Shown here piece after piece: positions 23,651 to 38,231 of a stretch of DNA of 64,000 nt. Every line of letters starts with the position of its first letter. Position 1 is the stretch's first letter. The DNA is from Macrostomum lignano. Lineage: Eukaryota. A program made the position numbers and the translations under genes. Location: assembly GCA_002269645.1 (NCBI GenBank), contig NIVC01000163.1:62001-126000 (forward strand). The letters run 5' to 3'. The notes beneath the pieces were generated by a model, which searched no databases, was not told where the DNA came from, and saw only the letters and a list, made by a program, of their open reading frames with translations.

Positions 23651-24406
23651 ATCTCAGTTATTCATTAAAACATTTTTATTGTTTCATCAATCCTTACTTG
23701 ATTTATAAGGTCTATATGTGGCCATTACAAATACACTCAGCTGACACTCAAACTCACCTGTCTGAAAATGTCAGTCAAATAAATGAGTTTACAATCTGAT
23801 TCGTATTTTAATATATTGTCAATTATACAGACTTAACAAATTCATAGCTGCCAGCATAGCTACTCACAAATGGGGTAAAACTGCAGAGCACTGTATCTTC
23901 TTTTTATCTTATTTATATAATACGAGGTATGAGACAACTGACGGAGAGAATGGTAGAGACAGAGACAGAGGCAGACTTTGAGGTCGGAAACTCATACCGA
24001 TGGCAAATACGAGTATATACGGAATTATACTTATAGTTGATATATACACTTGTGTGCACTGGAAATTCACATGGATACACAAGACAAAATTGAGTGGCGA
24101 GTGGAGAGAGAAAGAGAGATAGAGTCTGCCTCTGAGTTCAATGCTCGCTTCTTCGCTCTCCTAACTCCTCTCTCTTCTCTAGAGTAGAACAGACAATCTG
24201 CAACCATTTTTTGGTAATAAAACACGAGCTCAGATGCAGTTTGTAGAAACAAAGCCGTCCACCCAGGTAGCGGCTGCCTGGGAGACATTGGAGAACACTA
24301 GTTCATTAATTTACATTTCTAATTTGTTATAGTGACGCCACAATATAAGACGAAGAAAGAAGCAAGTAAGAGAAAGTGTTTCAAGAGATTACTCTTTTAG
24401 TAAGTT

Positions 24407-24407
<1 letters not shown>

Positions 24408-24437
<30 letters not shown>

Positions 24438-24885
24438 CAGTCAGTCAGTCAGTCAGTCAGTCAGTCAGTCAGTCAGTCAGTCAGTCAGTCAGTCAGTCAG
24501 TCAGTCAGTCAGTCAGTCAGTCAGTCAGTCAGTCAGTCAGTCAGTCAGTCAGTCAGTCAGTCAGTCAGTCAGTCAGTCAGTCAGTCAGTCAGTCAGTCAG
24601 TCAGTCAGTCAGTCAGTCAGTCAGTCAGTCAGTCAGTCAGTCAGTCAGTCAGTCAGTCAGTCAGTCAGTCAGTCAGTCAGTCAGTCAGTCAGTCAGTCAG
24701 TCAGTCAGTCAGTCAGTCAGTCAGTCAGTCAGTCAGTCAGTCAGTCAGTCAGTCAGTCAGTCAGTCAGTCAGTCAGTCAGTCAGTCAGTCAGTCAGTCAG
24801 TCAGTCAGTCAGTCAGTCAGTCAGTCAGTCAGTCAGTCAGTCAGTCAGTCAGTCAGTCAGTCAGTCAGTCAGTCAGTCAGTCAGT
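24408..24885. repeat. compound microsatellite (AAGT)n(CAGT)n
   Basis: Short AAGT run followed by about 450 bp of perfect CAGT. Confidence 0.97.
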
Positions 24886-27800
24886 GAAATTAATATGAGC
24901 GCATTAACTGCAGAGCGATAACTGTGCCCAATGCTGAAAATGATTGGATTTTAGCAGAAAAACGAGATCCCAAAGTTGTCCACAGAAATCAGATGCACCT
25001 TATTAGAATTTTACTTCAAGTAGAGATTTCAGCATGCTGTAACTTTGAATGCAAAGTTTTTAAGGCTTCTTTTAGTCTCTCTGAATTGCACATCAACCAG
25101 AAAGACACAAATAATTGAAATGGAAAGTTCTGAAAGTTCAAAATTGCAAGCGGAGCCCGTGTTTGTTGTGCTCATCGAAGAGGGTTGTTCAACAAATACA
25201 AAAGGATTTTGCTGTGTATTTCTGAAGTAAATTTTATGCAAATTGTGATGAACTGTTGTTACGGTAATTCTGGACAGCACTTTATAGGACCATGCGCACT
25301 TATGCGTACTTAAACGTAGTTCTCCTCTCTTTCTAGGAACTTCTCCCGCTCTCTAAGGTTTCATTCATCCGTGATCGATTCCTCATTTGGGCCTGGCCAT
25401 AGACTACAGAACAGTATCCCAGTTTGCCTGTACGCCTTGTCTATGTCGCTAGTGCTTTGCTAGCGGAGATTCTCACTAAGTGACCTCCGCTGCCATAGAC
25501 AATAAAATTAACGTCCTAAGCCAGAGTGAGGTTGGTTGAACACTTTCTTCTACCATAGACAAAACGTGTCCCGCGAATACAGGGAGCGGAGAAGACTCAT
25601 AATCTTCGCAAATCTATTCAATATTTTCCGCTCCTTGCATTCGTGGGATACATTTCAATAACCAACTGAGTTTCAGTAGGTTTTTATACATGTATTTACC
25701 AGGTATTTGGCTTGGCCTAACAAAGCTCCAAATCGTGCTTTCTTTGATTCACCCTTTTCGCCCGATTTGGTTCGCTACTATTCATAATTTGGCTTAGCTC
25801 GTATTTCACGAAAATCAAACTCAAAAGCACAAGTCACGCATGCATTCACTTTCCTCTCTGTCCACCAGACTGATTTTAGTGTATGGTATGGTCCTCTCTG
25901 CACCATTCTTTATTTCCAACTATGGCAAAAAAATACTTAAAAAAACAAATTGGTTTTTATTGTCGATGGTTTGCCTGTGTAAAATCTCTACCACGCTGCC
26001 ACGTTAGACTGCTGACTGCCATGCACCAATAAAATGCAAAAAGGATATAGTTAAGACCCTACCTATATGATCAAATAATCTTTTTTGTATCAGGTAAACA
26101 AAGTTTAGACAAAATATGTTGTCTAAATGCAAAATATATGGCCTAATAAAATATTAGAAGCCTTTACCTAATAGATAAGAATATTGAATTATGCCTACAG
26201 GTATTTAGTAAGGTTACCAATTATAGTGAAGTTTAAATTATTATTATTAACATTATTATTATTATTGACTGCCACTAATACTAAAAGCCTTGCTCTTCTA
26301 TTACATCTTAGTTAATGATCTTAAAGGACATTATAATATAATATAAATTGCATAAAATAATTAACCTGGCATTTTCCAAATTATCAGGAAATTACAATAT
26401 TTATAGCTATGCTAATAGATAAAGATAAATAAATACAACAAAAGCATATAAACCAGATAAAAAATCTAGAGCAAAAAATTAAAAAATCAACATTGACTCT
26501 AAAATGATTAATGATAGGGTTGAGTTTGTTGAAAGTTCACTAAATTTCATTATCCACTCTAGTTCTAAAATCTGAACAGATAAAATTGCTCATATTTTGC
26601 TACAAAGGCCATTTTGTATTATCTGCACATTTATCTCTACTGTACCGTTCATTATGCATACAAATATGCGTGGAGAAATTATTCTGAATGCATAGTGTAT
26701 GCTTTGATTTAAATACTATCGTTCTTATACATGTATAAAGTTGGTGGACACGGCTTTTTAGCAAAATAGAAGATAATTCATACCCATAAATTCACTTAAC
26801 CATTAAAAGATTTCAGTTTTTGTTCGATTTGTAGCAGTGGCAGACTGAGTCCAACTGACTTCTTAAGTCGAATCAGCAATCACATCACATGATCAATACA
26901 GGGAGTTTTAAACCTTTCAAGATTGTCTGTTAAAACTGTAAAACGACGCTAAGTTTGCAGCTACAAAACTTTTTTTTTCTAACCAAATAAAAGAAGAATA
27001 GTATTATATTGCTAAAATACACTTTTTAAAACGCTTTTACCTAAGTAAAAGGATTTTTACCCGCTTCTTTGTTATAAGATCTTAAAACGCGTAATAGTTT
27101 CCGTGTATGGACCGTTCAATCAAGAAAAGACATGAAAAAATGTTGAGTAAATACTTAAATACACACGCGAACATGCATCTCTTGCCAAATTTTCTTTTGT
27201 ATTTGCTTCAACTTGATGCTATACAATATATATAGACAAGCTATAAAACAGCGCTGACACTGTAGTTTACATTGCATGTAGCTCGTATCATTAATTAAGC
27301 TATAGCATCATAGAATTGCAATAGTATAATGTAGTCTATTAACTGGTACTAAAATGTATTTTGCTGCATGAGATTTAATCATAGTTTTCTCTGACAGCCT
27401 CAAATATTTTAACTTGTATTGTATTACCTAATAGAGATATTTTAACAAATGATTTTTGTGTGTAATATATACATATACAGGTACACGAAAAAGTAGTGTG
27501 CAGCGCTATACACGAGGTACATAACATGTATTTCTGATCCCTACATGTTTTTTTCATTACATGTACGTACATTGCTACCCTTTTATGGCTTTACAGGTAC
27601 TGCAAGACAAATTAGTAAAAATAATTACATATGGATTCCGAAAAATTTACATGTACACGAGTCGTACATGCAATTGAGCCGAAGCCCGCTAAAAAATACA
27701 TTATACATGTATGCATACATACCAACAAAATGTTCCAATTTAGACTTCATCATCTATTGCAGAAATCAGTGAAGGGCCGGGCCGGTGGAGGGCCGGGCTG

Positions 27801-30649
27801 TGCTGTATTTTGACGAAAATTCCCTATTTTTTCTGGCCGTCTTTCCTGTCTCTCCTACGTATCGATCAACTGTCCCGTCTGCATGTTGTATGATGGCGCA
27901 AACTAAGTACATCTAAGTACTAAACTAAGTACTAAGATCAGTTTATTTAGCTTATTTTTGACCAAAGATATACAATGTAAATTTTGAGCTACATGTATGC
28001 CGCTGGTGTATAAGATGTCGAAGATCGGGTACTACTACGTCGTATAAATTTCACAGTTCGATGCGCATGGCACTACTGAAGTATAGTTATACGTTCATTA
28101 CTAATTCACAAAATAAGTATTACATGTACGTGTACATGCATCAGTGACACGTACAATGTAAAGGGTTAAGAGCACTTCTATGAAAATTAAATTTATTTGC
28201 CATCAACTGTGTGGACTGCATACATTATATACATGTATATACGCATAACAGCAGTAACTATAACAGATTATACACAGTTCTCGCTTTCACAGTCGTTTTG
28301 TGTCAAGAAATTGTGTTATTCTGCGCAGATTATTGTAGTATCAAATTCAAGCCGTGCTGCTATAGTGGCATGGCAGGTTCAGAACAGTCTTCAGTCGCAG
28401 GGAAAGTTGAACCCGTGTGAGCGTAGAGGCGAATTGTGCAGCTTTTTAGCCGTCATCTCGGATTTGCTGTGCTGCATGCAGATCGTTTAAACAAATTGCA
28501 ATCCGCTTTTGAGATTCGGCTGTTAATTTAAATCACATAACGTAAAATGAAGTTGGTTAAAAACAGCTACTCGTAGCTCACACTATCGATGCAATGATGC
28601 GGTATGCGTCCAATATGTGTCCAATGTGTGTCCAGAAGTCTAAAAGCCAGCCGTTTCTTGTACCATGCTACCTGAAACACAGAAGTTAAGTTGCTACAGT
28701 GTTTTTAAACAAGCCAATAAGGTGTATAGTAATTACAATGAAATCTATAATCAAGAGTAAAATTATCTACTTCGATAGATGCTTCACGTCGTTACCATAC
28801 CGAGCAACCTATGATATTACTTTAAGGAACTTTAAAGCTCCTTCTAATTGATCCTGAAACATAGGATTAATTGAATAAATAGCTTAGTAATTAATCACAG
28901 ATTGCCTGGTGTGAAGCGACGCAAGTTTATAATTACACACGTCAGTTAGGTGTTGCTGTTAGATCCGCAGTCTAAGTGCCCTGTCTGCGTCTCTGCATTC
29001 GAAGCCTTGGCTTCGGGCCTATATATATAATATATATATACTCGAAGTACATACATATACAGCATGTCTTCGCTCTTATTATCACGATTTCGGCAAACTT
29101 ACACTTGAAGAAAAAACTACAGTAGAAACTGTACTGCAGGGCTCTCTTCGATATCAGCCAATAGCAATCAAGCTTTCAATGCACGTGAACGAGTGGTGGT
29201 GGGTGCAGAGCCAAAGGCGCTCACATCTATACACTCCCGCCTCTAATTGCCTCTCTGCACCTCCTCACCGCCCCCCCCCCGTCAACAGAAGAGCCGCGCG
29301 CTGTGAAACTATACATGCATAATGGCTTTGAAGTCTTTGACTTGCTGCGAATTTGTGCGAGAATGGCCCAGTTTCGATACATAAAGCAGAACTATTCTAT
29401 TTATTTAGCTATAGCAGAGAGAAATCCTGTACAAAGCTGTGTCAACACTTATATACTATAAGGCTCAACAGTATTTGGTGGCGCTTGCGTTTATTGTAGC
29501 CAGTTTCATCCTAAGCAGGGGTTCCTTTTCGTCCGTCTGCGTTGCGTTGCGTTGAATTTAGTCTACTTTATACCACCTTATGGTTAAAAGCCAAGGTGTA
29601 CAGCAGATTACCTTTGCATCGCGAGTATCACACTACATATGTGTTTTACCAGAGGCTCTCTACATATCAGAATTTTAACTGTAGCTAATTGTAATATGAA
29701 TTCACTATGTATCCGCTAGATTGAATCTACTTTGATACAATCCAATTTAGTCACTGTACGATCGTATGCTCGTTACACTAATGGTGTAATTACAGACGAA
29801 TACAAAGTTAAAACCAGCGAAAATCATATAATTTAATTGAGATAACGTTCTCGAAATATATCATCTATCAATGCTTGGTAAAATTGGGGTGCTATTAAGC
29901 AATTAAGTAAACAAGTGAGCATCTAGAAGTTTATTGAATGATAGTAAATTTTAACCCATTACTGGGCACCTGATTCCAACCTAAGAGTCGGAGCACAGAG
30001 TCAAGCAGTAATTAAGGACAATTATTAATATAACTTTGATAAGAATATTGTCAGAACAGCTCGCAATCTTTCTCACTGTAAGCGTACACTATTATGAGTT
30101 GGATTGAAGTTAGCAATTAAGAATGCCATCCTATATAGATAGGGTTGTATGTACATTTTAATTACTCTAAAACTCCAATAGCTCAACTCTGACTAGGAGG
30201 AGAGGACGTCATTATCTCAAAACTTGCTCAGTCCCAGCCGATAAGAATTAATCTATCACGAAAATGGATCTGACTAACTAATTAAGGCGTCAATGCCACA
30301 CGCAGGTGGGGCATTGTGTAACCCCATATAACTGTCTTCATATTATATAGACACGTCTTCGCATATACAGGCCTCTATATGTTTCTCTGTCACCTGCTTC
30401 TCTACGAGCAAGCAGTGACTTTGTGCTCTCGCACTGTACTGCCCTGTGCCTGCATGGTGGCCCTGTAATGAAACTGAATTTTTAGGACTTCGTTAAATAC
30501 ATCTGCGGAGCATTGGGTGCCATCTGGTGGGTAACCTTGCTGAGGTTCTATGGGTATCCCGACGTGTTTTCTGAGAAACCTTGGGGCGTCTCACAGAGGG
30601 TAGTTTGGATGGATTCTGTGGTATCTTAGGGGAGCTTCCGGGGTTGCAT

Positions 30650-31290
30650 CTTGGCGAGGTCTTGGGGTGGACTCTCTGGGGTATCTTGGGGTAAACTCTT
30701 AGGGGTGTCTTGGGGTGGACTCTTAGGGGTGTCTTGGGGTGGACTCTTAGGGGTGTCTTGGGGTGGACTCTTAGGGGTATCTTGGGGTAAACTCTTAGGG
30801 GTGCCTTGGGGTGGACTCTTAGGGGTGTCTTGGGGTGGACTCTTAGGGGTATCTTGGGGTAAACTCTTAGGGGTGCCTTGGGGTGGACTCTTAGGGGTGT
30901 CTTGGGGTGGACTCTTAGGGGTGTCTTGGGGTGGACTCTTAGGGGTATCTTGGGGTAAACTCTTAGGGGTGCCTTGGGGTGGACTCTTAGGGGTGTCTTG
31001 GGGTGGACTCTTAGGGGTGTCTTGGGGTGGACTCTTAAGGGTATCTTGGGGTAAACTCTTAGGGGTGCCTTGGGGTGGAATCTTACGGGTGTCTTGGGGT
31101 GGACTCATAGGGGTGTCTTGGGGTGGACTCTTTCTTAGGGGTGTCTTGGGGTGGACTCTTAGAGGTGTCTTGGGATGGACTTTTGGGGGTGTCTTGGGGT
31201 GGACTCTTAAGGGGTGTCTTGGGGTGGACTCTTTGGGGTGTCTTGGGGTGGACTCTTTGGGGTGTCTTGGGGTGGACTCTGAGAGGTATC
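30650..31290. repeat. 24-bp G-rich minisatellite
   Basis: Unit GGGGTGGACTCTTAGGGGTGTCTT with recurring variant order and degenerate flanks. Confidence 0.95.
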
Positions 31291-32862
31291 TTTGGGGGAA
31301 CTGGTGGTGTCCTGGTATGTTTTCCAAGATATATTGTGGAGGCTTTCGAGCGTAATTTGTTGTATCCTCTTATTTAGGGTGCACTCTGAGCCTGAGGCTT
31401 TCTTGGTTATTATTCAGGCGCCTTCCTAGGATATTTTGAGGGTATTTTTGGGTTCTATTCCGGGGGGGTACTTTGGGGTGAATTCTGCGGTGTATTCAGG
31501 GGATACATGTACCTGAGAGTACCTCTGAGCCGAATTCAGAGCGCGTGAGGGCATTCTGCTTATTCGATAGTCATGCCTTGATTGAATAAAACTCAAAGCT
31601 AATTTCATTTAGCGAAAATATTACACGATATAACCAACTTCGGCGATGTACTTTCAGGTTGTTTCAATTCGATTATAACTTGGACAAATCACATTGGGGC
31701 TTAAAATATTAAAAATTGTACAATTTAGTTCAAGAAACATACATGTATACATAACAACGGTAAATAAACTTTTGCTTTTATCCTCGAGAAACAGACGATA
31801 ACTAATAATTTTACACATTAATATATAACTTTTACTTCGTGCACACAATACTACTAGCAGAAAAGATCTTTAATCAACTTTTATCGCAATTGATTACGTC
31901 ATAGACTCGCTAGGAGATCGGGGGGGGGGGCATTGATCAATTTTATTGATGTCAGCATTAAACAGAGCAAGCGGCATGGGACTATAAAAGAGGGAGACCT
32001 TTTGGTTTAGCCAGCAGAGCAAACTCTAGTTTGACTCTACGCATGGGATTAGAAATCGTCAATGGCTCAATCGTCTATGGCAAAACCTCTTTATTTTAAT
32101 TCTTTCTCCTTCGCTTCAACCCCGATTGGATCATCTCGGCTTGGCTATGCCTAACGATAAATAAAGTTAGGGCCGCTGTACACTCCTGTGGGATTGTGCC
32201 TGTGCGTATGACTGCGTTCGTATCCGCGCGCTTGTGTGCCTGCTCATGGGAGTCACCCTGGTTCTGAAATATCATTTGCCTAAGTTGAGATCAGACGAGA
32301 AAGGTGTCCAATTTGGCTTGCCTACTTATTGAGCCTTCAAAAATTTCTATAGTATGGACATGCCAGTACGTCCTCCGTACTTGCCTTTTAGTCATGGGAA
32401 CAGGCTTGGTGCCTATGGTCAAACGACAGGTCACCAACGCTTGCTAAATATGCATCAATAACAAATAGCGAATCGAGTAAGCAGAAGGTAATGATGCATT
32501 ACACAGAAGCGCTTACAAGCAACTGACAACAAACGTTATTTTGTAAATCGCACAAAACAAAATATGAGTTTGAAAAGTACAATCAAACATGGATTAAATC
32601 GGGCTACTCGAGCTGTTTAGGTTGTCTCAGGGTATTTTTTAAAACACAATGAAGCCTTTCCTACTACTGACTAGTCACGGCCTATAGTAGTATAGATAGA
32701 AAATTCGTGTTGATTTTTTATAATTGTTTAGCAAAACAATGATTTTTTCGAGAAATTTTTTCACTACTTATTTTTTATCTAAAGCCACGTTTTTAAGTAA
32801 GATTCTCCATCTCAAAAATCTTGCAAGCAGCTAATTAGAAGCATTTTCTATTGCGATAACTG

Positions 32863-33151
32863 TTACACCTCTTGAGTAGAATGAGTCATCGACTGTGGAT
32901 CTACTTTGCCGCCACCATCTGGAGCTTCGTTGCAATCGCGACTTAAAAGAGCGACTGACTGCTGCTGCTGCTGCTGCTGCTGGTGTTGCTGCTGCTGGCG
33001 CTGAGACATCTGCTGGCAGCGGTTGGCAGCTCGCGAGTAGCTATGCACCGTGTGGCCCTTGGCCCTGCCGAGCTTTAGCAGGGCATACTGCTCCGGGTCG
33101 GCTTTCACGCAGGGCAGAAATCGGAATGCCTGCTTGAAGCCGGTGCGAAAA
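32863..33151 (-). CDS. GPCR exon 5 (helix 8, C-tail)
   Basis: cccgcag|FRTGFKQAFRFLPCV... is a tachykinin-receptor-type helix 8; polyQ tail; TAA at 32863. Total 383 aa. Confidence 0.88.
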
Positions 33152-33431
33152 CTGCGGGATTCGAAGGATTTTGAGTGGCTGCGCTGGTGCTGGGAGCCTA
33201 TTTCGAATTCGAGCTCTCGTGTTTCGGACAGAAACATCACAGAACATTGCAATGCACCAAGTTTTTCAACTTTAGAACTTATGTCACATCTTCAAACAGT
33301 TCCCATGAAACGTCTTTTAGAATCCAACTCACCAACACCCAACAATGCCTCCAACAGACCAACAGCCCACAATGCCTCCAACAGACCAACAGCCCACAAT
33401 GCCTCCAACAGACCAACACCCCATCGCTTAC

Positions 33432-33601
33432 TTGTTGTTCATTTTGCAATAAATAAAGGGATTCGGCCAGGTGCTGCAGATGGCCAGAAAGTACAGCGCG
33501 ATGAACAGCGCAGCCGAGTTGTTAGAAAAGAAGAAGCTGATCTGGTAGGGCAGCCAACACAGGGCGAAAATGACCACGACCGTGATCATCATGAGGACAA
33601 T
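33432..33601 (-). CDS. GPCR exon 4 (TM6-TM7)
   Basis: ttccag|IVLMMITVVVIFALCWLPYQ...STWPNPFIYCKMNN|GTAAGC; CWLP and NPxxY motifs. Confidence 0.9.
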
Positions 33602-34051
33602 CTGGAAAATAATAAGTCATTAAATGTAATACTAGCTTTCTGTAGTCAATTGGATTGCTGTGGAGAAAAAAAAAGAACGTCACGTGAAAAAACTAATATT
33701 AACTGTTATATTGCCCTTTCAATTCAAGCCGTCAATTATTGCAATTCAATTATGCGGCTTAATTATTTCAGAGAAGTCTTTCAAGGCCAATCAACCAGAA
33801 CTAGGCTATTTATTTCCCATCAATGAAATTATCGGTTTCGCCCATAATTATTTTTCCGCCAGTTCCATTTCGTTGATTAAACTCCACTTCTTTCTGAGCT
33901 TTCATCCTAATCCGGTTCATGGACTACTAAACACAACTTGTGGTGGTGGAATCGTGCCTCTGCCAATATTTCAGTTGGTTTCATTGCATATAATAATAGC
34001 CAGAGTTGCTATTGTACAAATAATCCGGAATATAAGAGTAGCTAATAACTT

Positions 34052-34446
34052 TTTCAGGGTCTTTCAGAGTCTTTCAGGGTCTTTCAGGGTCTTTCAGGGT
34101 CTTTCAGGGTCTTTCATAGTCTTTCAGGGTCTTTCAGGGTCTTTCAGGGTCTTTCAGGGTCTTTCAGGGTCTTTCATAGTCTTTCAGGGTCTTTCAGGGT
34201 CTTTCAGGGTCTTTCAGGGTCTTTCAGGGTCTTTCAGGGTCTTTCAGGGTCTTTCAGGGTCTTTCAGGGTCTTTCAGAGTCTTTCAGGGTCTTTCAGGGT
34301 CTTTCAGGGTCTTTCATAGTCTTTCAGGATCTTTCAGTCTTTCAAGGTCTTTCAAGGTCTTTCAGGGTCTTTCAGGGTCTTTCAGGGTCTTTCAGGGTCT
34401 TTCAGGGTCTTTCAGGGTCTTTCAGGGTCTTTCAGGGTCTTTCAGG
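34052..34446. repeat. 10-bp tandem repeat, GPCR intron 3
   Basis: (TCTTTCAGGG)n. Confidence 0.95.
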
Positions 34447-35746
34447 TTCAAAACAAAATTTAAAATTATCAGCAAGTGTTTTTTAAATACACAACAGAGA
34501 AAAGAACAATGAGTCGGTTTATTTTTGAAAAATCCCAATCCAGATGCTACTGCGCATTAGTGTCCAAGTCGACATCCCATCCACACATTCCAATGCCGCG
34601 ATGTGAAACGTCCAATCGTAAATTCCTTTACTTCAGTGCGACACAGCTTGTTCTCACAATTGAAAGCAATCAGTCAAATTAATCCCCCCACCCCTCAAAT
34701 TTGCCTGACGTGTATTTCGGTGCAACAGTCCTCGTTGAATACAAGAAAATCCCGGAGAAAGAGAACCAAAAATAGAAGGCACTGCTCAGTCCAACTCAGC
34801 CCTAACCGTGCCAGATGGGGAGAGCATATTTTTGAAGATCGAAAAAAATCTCCCGCGTCAACCTGTACCGAATCGACGATTGACGTCTCTGGATTCTTCC
34901 CCTTCTTCATCGCGGCGCCAGCTTCGTTTTGCTCACCATCTTAGAACATACGCAATATCCCTTGGTTCTTCCGTTGGTTACTCTTCCTTCAATTTCCCCT
35001 CTCGTTTCCTTTCATATACGGCATAGATGTATAATAACCGTGCAGGCAGCTGCATTCGGAGCAACATATGCCAGCGTTTCCCATGAAAGCAGAGCCTCTG
35101 GATCCGTCTCCCGACCAGCAGTTTCTATTCATCATCATCATCATTCTACTTGCAAATGAAAGGAAACGAAGTTTCAAATAAGAGACGGAGAAGGTTAAGG
35201 GGTGCCGGTCGGTGAAAAAAAAATCGAAGTCGATTGTGTTTGACCAAATTTTGCTTGGACGGTGCGTGGCGAGCCTTGAGTTTGAGATTAGTGAGGGTAT
35301 CGGTTTGGGCAGGCAAGGTCATGCTGCTAGTGAAGCGGAAGGGATGCAACAGGGGATCAAGGGATTAAGAGAGGGAGAGAGAGACACTTTTTTGTGTTGG
35401 GCGGGAAATTTTCCCTTGCATTAGGAATGGATTGTCACGAATTACACATGTTTGTCTGGCTTCTGTACCTCTTTCTATTTTGCAGTTTTGTCTTCCACAA
35501 TTTTTTCCTGTCTGTCTATATGCCTGTCTGCCTGTCTGTCCGACTGTAGTCTTCTTCAGTCGATCCAAGCATCAAACGTCAGAGCTAATCAGCTTAATTC
35601 TGTCACATCAGAGCTCCGATCTGAGTACTTCTTTGGTTTTGAGTAATACACGAACTACTGTGTAACGATCCAGTGTAAAGTTTTGTTACTGAACTACCAT
35701 GTGCGCCTGCGTTCAATAAGTTAAACTCAGTAATTTATCGGCTGAC

Positions 35747-35897
35747 CTTTCGCTTAGCCTTTACGGTCTCCTCCTGAGCCTGCGTCTGCTCCCCGATCGG
35801 CTGCTGAGTCCACAGACGAATCCCGATGATGATGTAGGCGATTCCTACCACGATCACTGGTACCAGATACTGCAGAGTCATTAACACGTAATTGTAC
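35747..35897 (-). CDS. GPCR exon 3 (TM5, ICL3)
   Basis: ttgcag|YNYVLMTLQYLVPVIVVGIAYIIIGIRLWTQQPIGE...AKRK|GTCAGC; 151 nt. Not in the ORF track; found by hand translation. Confidence 0.88.
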
Positions 35898-36551
35898 CTG
35901 CAATTTTAGCGAGGAAAGGGAGGAAAGCATATTGAGTCTGGGGTTACCTCTCAGAATGGGATAAATCGATTCGCTTAAAACTGCCAGAAAAATATATGGG
36001 CAGGGTAGAGAGCCACTAAAAGATTTTTCGGACCCGGTCCAAGACTAAGCTTGTAAACTTGGTTGAGTACTTAAAATCGGGGGGAAATGTTTTATTTTTT
36101 TAGCTTCATCATCCTGCTATTATCACTTGCCTCTCTGGTCTTCGAGAACTAAGCAGCTCGAAGGCCTGGTGGCATTTAATCAATTTTTCGCAGCTCAGAA
36201 GCGTTAGTTTTCTTTTCTAGAGAAAGAAGAAGTCTTCTCTTGGCTCTTGTTGTTCGTTTAAAACGGCCCCTAGCTAGCATAAAAACCCCATGGTTAAAGC
36301 AGACACGCAACACATTTTACGTGCCCTATTTACCATGATTCACTACTTTCTGTTTTGGAATTTCGGTCTCGTGATCCTACTTTTCAATAAAAAGTGAAGA
36401 CTTCGTAGAAGCCTCTGACTATTTTATTTAAATTAGAAAAGACATGTTGAACTTCCGAATAGAATCTATAGTTCACGTAGAGAATTAGCAGTCAATTTTC
36501 CATGTTTTTTGGCTCGAATTTCTAGAATAGTACACATTGCGGTTAACTTAC

Positions 36552-36731
36552 GCCACAAAGACTTTCGCTGCGATGTTACAATTAGTAAACATTTTTTCAT
36601 TCACTTGCAGCTCGCTAAAAATGGCCGGTGGGGCGGCGGTGACCATGCTGAATGCCCAGATAAACGCGATGCTAGCGATGATGGCCAAGCGCTTCGGGCG
36701 CGGCCGCAGCGGGTGCATGATGACGACGTAT
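36552..36731 (-). CDS. GPCR exon 2 (ERY, TM4, ECL2)
   Basis: ctgcag|YVVIMHPLRPRPKRLAIIASIAFIWAFS...NCNIAAKVFV|GTAAGT; 180 nt. Confidence 0.9.
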
Positions 36732-37294
36732 CTGCAGAGATGCAAACATAATATTGAATCTAGGAAATTAGATAATAGTTAATTGAATTTGAATATCTTT
36801 TCTGATGTTTAAAATGTACAAATTTTAATCTAACTTAAATCCATATTACTATTCATATTCTATGATTGCAAGTACAGATAAAGTGGTACCTCTCACTAAC
36901 TCAAGTTTTTACCCCAGTACATGCAGTACTTTTACTATCCGTTTATAGCTAATTTTGCTTTGCTGTATCTTATTATCTGCTGAAGATGTAAAACAAATTT
37001 GCATCTATAACAACTATTTAAGAGGCTTGATTACTTCGAATGGAAAATGTGAATAAGAAATCAGACGGAGAATCTCCCAGGGCGAGAGATATCTTATTAT
37101 ATTTTGTTAAAAGCGAGTGTGACACTTTGGTCAAAAGACGCGTAAAGAACGACAATATAACCTGTTAGGGAAAAGTCAACAGCACTGGAGAGGTCGTGAA
37201 GCGAAGTAAGGGACCGCAAAATCTGGTGGGCGGTTAAAATATAAAAAAGCTTCATTCAAAGATAAAAATGGCAAAAGCAACGCAAGCGAAGTCT

Positions 37295-37329
<35 letters not shown>

Positions 37330-38231
37330 TAATCAATGGATCAATCAGCCAAGCTCCGGTCTTAGCTCACATAATTTTATACTAACAGACACTGCAGCAT
37401 ACACTGCCCAGTCAAATTATTGGCTAGAGATGCCAGCTAAATAAGTGAAAGACTGGGAGATAAATCAGAATATTTCTGCCTTGCTTCCCAGCCTACTGAT
37501 TCTATCCTTGGGCACACGGAGCGATCTCCCTGGGGACAAGTTCCCGATGCATAGGCGATGGAGCTGTGAGGAAGGGGCGGCAGCTGGAGCTGAAGGCGGA
37601 ACACGGGCTCACCCCTTTTTAAATTGCCACTTGACATGCGAGCTAGCGAGAGAGAAAACAAGATCGAGAAAAAGGGAGCGGGCTAGGAAGGGTGGGGGGG
37701 GGCAAAGAGGATTTAAGACCCCTCGACAGCCGCCCCGGGGAAGAGGCATCTAATCACCGTAATCACTGAGTCAATAAGAAGAGCAGCGAGAGAAAGACAG
37801 ACCTGGCAGAGGTTCTCAATCGTAGGACTTCATTTGAGTAGATTGATGGAGCTGAACATAAAGTAAAGAGCTGGCCTGAGTTAATGCGATGAAGATCTGT
37901 TGATGCTTTCATTATTCAGTATAATTTTTTATCCCTGTCTCTTTGCACTAATATAATGTGAAAAACATTTATTTTTGCAGGCTGATAGCTTAAGCTGGGG
38001 TGAGGGTTTCTTCTTAGCCCATTTTTAATGAAACTGCTCAAATCATATTTATGAGAGTCAGTATAACAAATATGAACCATTTTACTCATAAAATTTTGCC
38101 TTGCATTTAATTTCGTAGAGAGCCTAAATATACTTTAAATATACTTTCGTAGTAAAGCGATTCTTGCCAATAATAAATGACACGTGGAGAGCTACCAAAA
38201 AATAATTCAAAGCTGAACATTAAAAACTCAC

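Noticed and set aside
24408-24440. GTAAGT donor consensus repeated in the (AAGT)n run
   Set aside because: A trivial consequence of the microsatellite; there is no upstream exon.
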